Assembly (NCBI GenBank): GCA_052426225.1
Contig: JBNJNM010000021.1
Location: 1,550,001 to 1,614,000 of the forward strand
DNA: 64,000 nt
Direction: 5' to 3'
DNA from: Zancudomyces culisetae HAW-14-8
Taxonomy: Eukaryota; Fungi; Kickxellomycota
Below are positions 62,672-64,000 of this stretch, one piece after another; positions within the stretch are counted from its first letter, which is position 1, and every line of letters begins with the position of its first letter. The translations under genes were made by a program, and so were the position numbers. The notes under the pieces are model-generated. The model did not search any database and was not told the DNA's origin. It saw nothing but the letters and a program-made list of their open reading frames with translations.

Positions 62672-64000
62672 TACCACTCTCAGGTATCTTAGTAGAATTA
62701 AACGATTTTTAGAAGTTTAATTTATATTATACTGAAGCGTGGTTTCAATTTCCTGTCCTCCCAATCCCTAGAAACTTCCTCATAGTTATATTTACATCAA
62801 AAATTTTTATTAAAACGATTCAAGCAATAATGAAACATTTGCTGAGTGGAAAAAAATATAGGCCAATAAAATACAAATCATATAAAAATAACAAAATATA
62901 ACAAAACAATTATTTACTTGATAAATTCTTAGGCTTAACGGTGCAAAATTTTCTGGTCACACTATTCGAAAATTCACCTTACTGCTTGAAGCCTCATGTG
63001 TGATGATGAAGAGGCGGGTGTGTCCGGTACTAGCCCCTAAGGTCGTTAACGCTCACATTGGTCCCCTAAGTTCCTTCACTCGCTTCGTAGTAGCCGATTA
63101 TTAGACTACAATTTTAGCTGCCAAAGATAGTGTTATGAATGGTAAATATTGAGACAATATTATTGTTTAAATATAACTAAATATTAAATTCACTAAATGT
63201 ATATTTCTTTTAGCGATCTTCAGTTTACCAAGCCGACTAAAATTTTTTTTGGTAATTTCCAGAAATGTATATATATTATTTTATTATATCTAAATTTATA
63301 ATTTTGTAAAACTTGTAAGCAAAATATTAATATTGTATTAAATTTATTAGATAATATATACTAGATATTAATTATCGTCAATATTGATATTTATAATACA
63401 ATATTTAAATAATTTTATAAAGATATGTCTATAAAAAATTTATAATTTCTAGTCTTAAACTTCAAATTATTGCTTAATTATTTTTCAATAATGATGATAA
63501 ATTATTATCATTTCCGTATTTATTTATAATATTATACCTAAATATAATCGATAATGATATTGTTAACATACTTAAATAAATAATTTATTAACTAGTAGGT
63601 TATTAGTTTTAAAGAATAAGCTAATTATATTGACTTATATCTTTTATTATACCAAAATCACAGTATATTAATTATCTTACCCTTTCTATATTCGATATAA
63701 TATTATTCGATATATTAATATCTATACAAATAATATAATTTTTAATATTTCTCTTCCTATAATCTAAAATAGCTTCGTAAATTACCTCACTATTCTCAGA
63801 TATAAATAGCACATTTATTTAACATCAAGGCATTATACCTAGAGACCCCGAACTCGCGTATTTAACCCACAGCCTATTCAATAAGTAACTAGAATACCTA
63901 TTAAATGATACTAGTATGTATCACAATTTTAATAATTTTTAATAATTTTAATTTTAAACAATTTAGATCACAATAATAATATATTCCCTTGCATAATATG

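Noticed and set aside
62672-63100. DIRS terminal repeat or internal complementary region
   Set aside because: Some imperfect hairpins are present, but the element's 5' end is missing, so the pairing cannot be verified.

Overview
AT-rich eukaryotic DNA, most likely from an early-diverging fungus (Harpellales/Kickxellomycotina-like; this is an inference from gene style and TE content). 1-3 kb is TE debris. 3.5-18.6 kb holds four host genes in two convergent pairs: DUS1 with an intron-rich mitochondrial AspRS (MSD1), and an exportin-4-like gene with an IKS1-family kinase. At 22.4-22.5 kb a minus-strand tRNA-Ala(AGC)/tRNA-Lys(CTT) tandem has only a 2-nt spacer. The main finding starts 2 nt upstream of tRNA-Ala: a ~24-kb stack of about 17 Ty3/Gypsy insertions from about 10 LTR families, abutting with 0-11 nt between them. 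It comprises two full-length elements, one truncated element and many solo LTRs, nearly all with TGTYG...CRACA ends. Interlocking 4-bp TSDs show the proximal ones integrated one after another 2-10 nt upstream of the tRNA, so that part reads newest to oldest away from the tRNA. One LTR group carries an ORF with a signature of purifying selection. A probably self-priming chromovirus is nested in one element. Distally there are two DD34E Tc1 elements with long TIRs, a chromovirus relic and two head-to-head DIRS tyrosine-recombinase retroelements. Everything was read by eye; no alignments or database searches were run.
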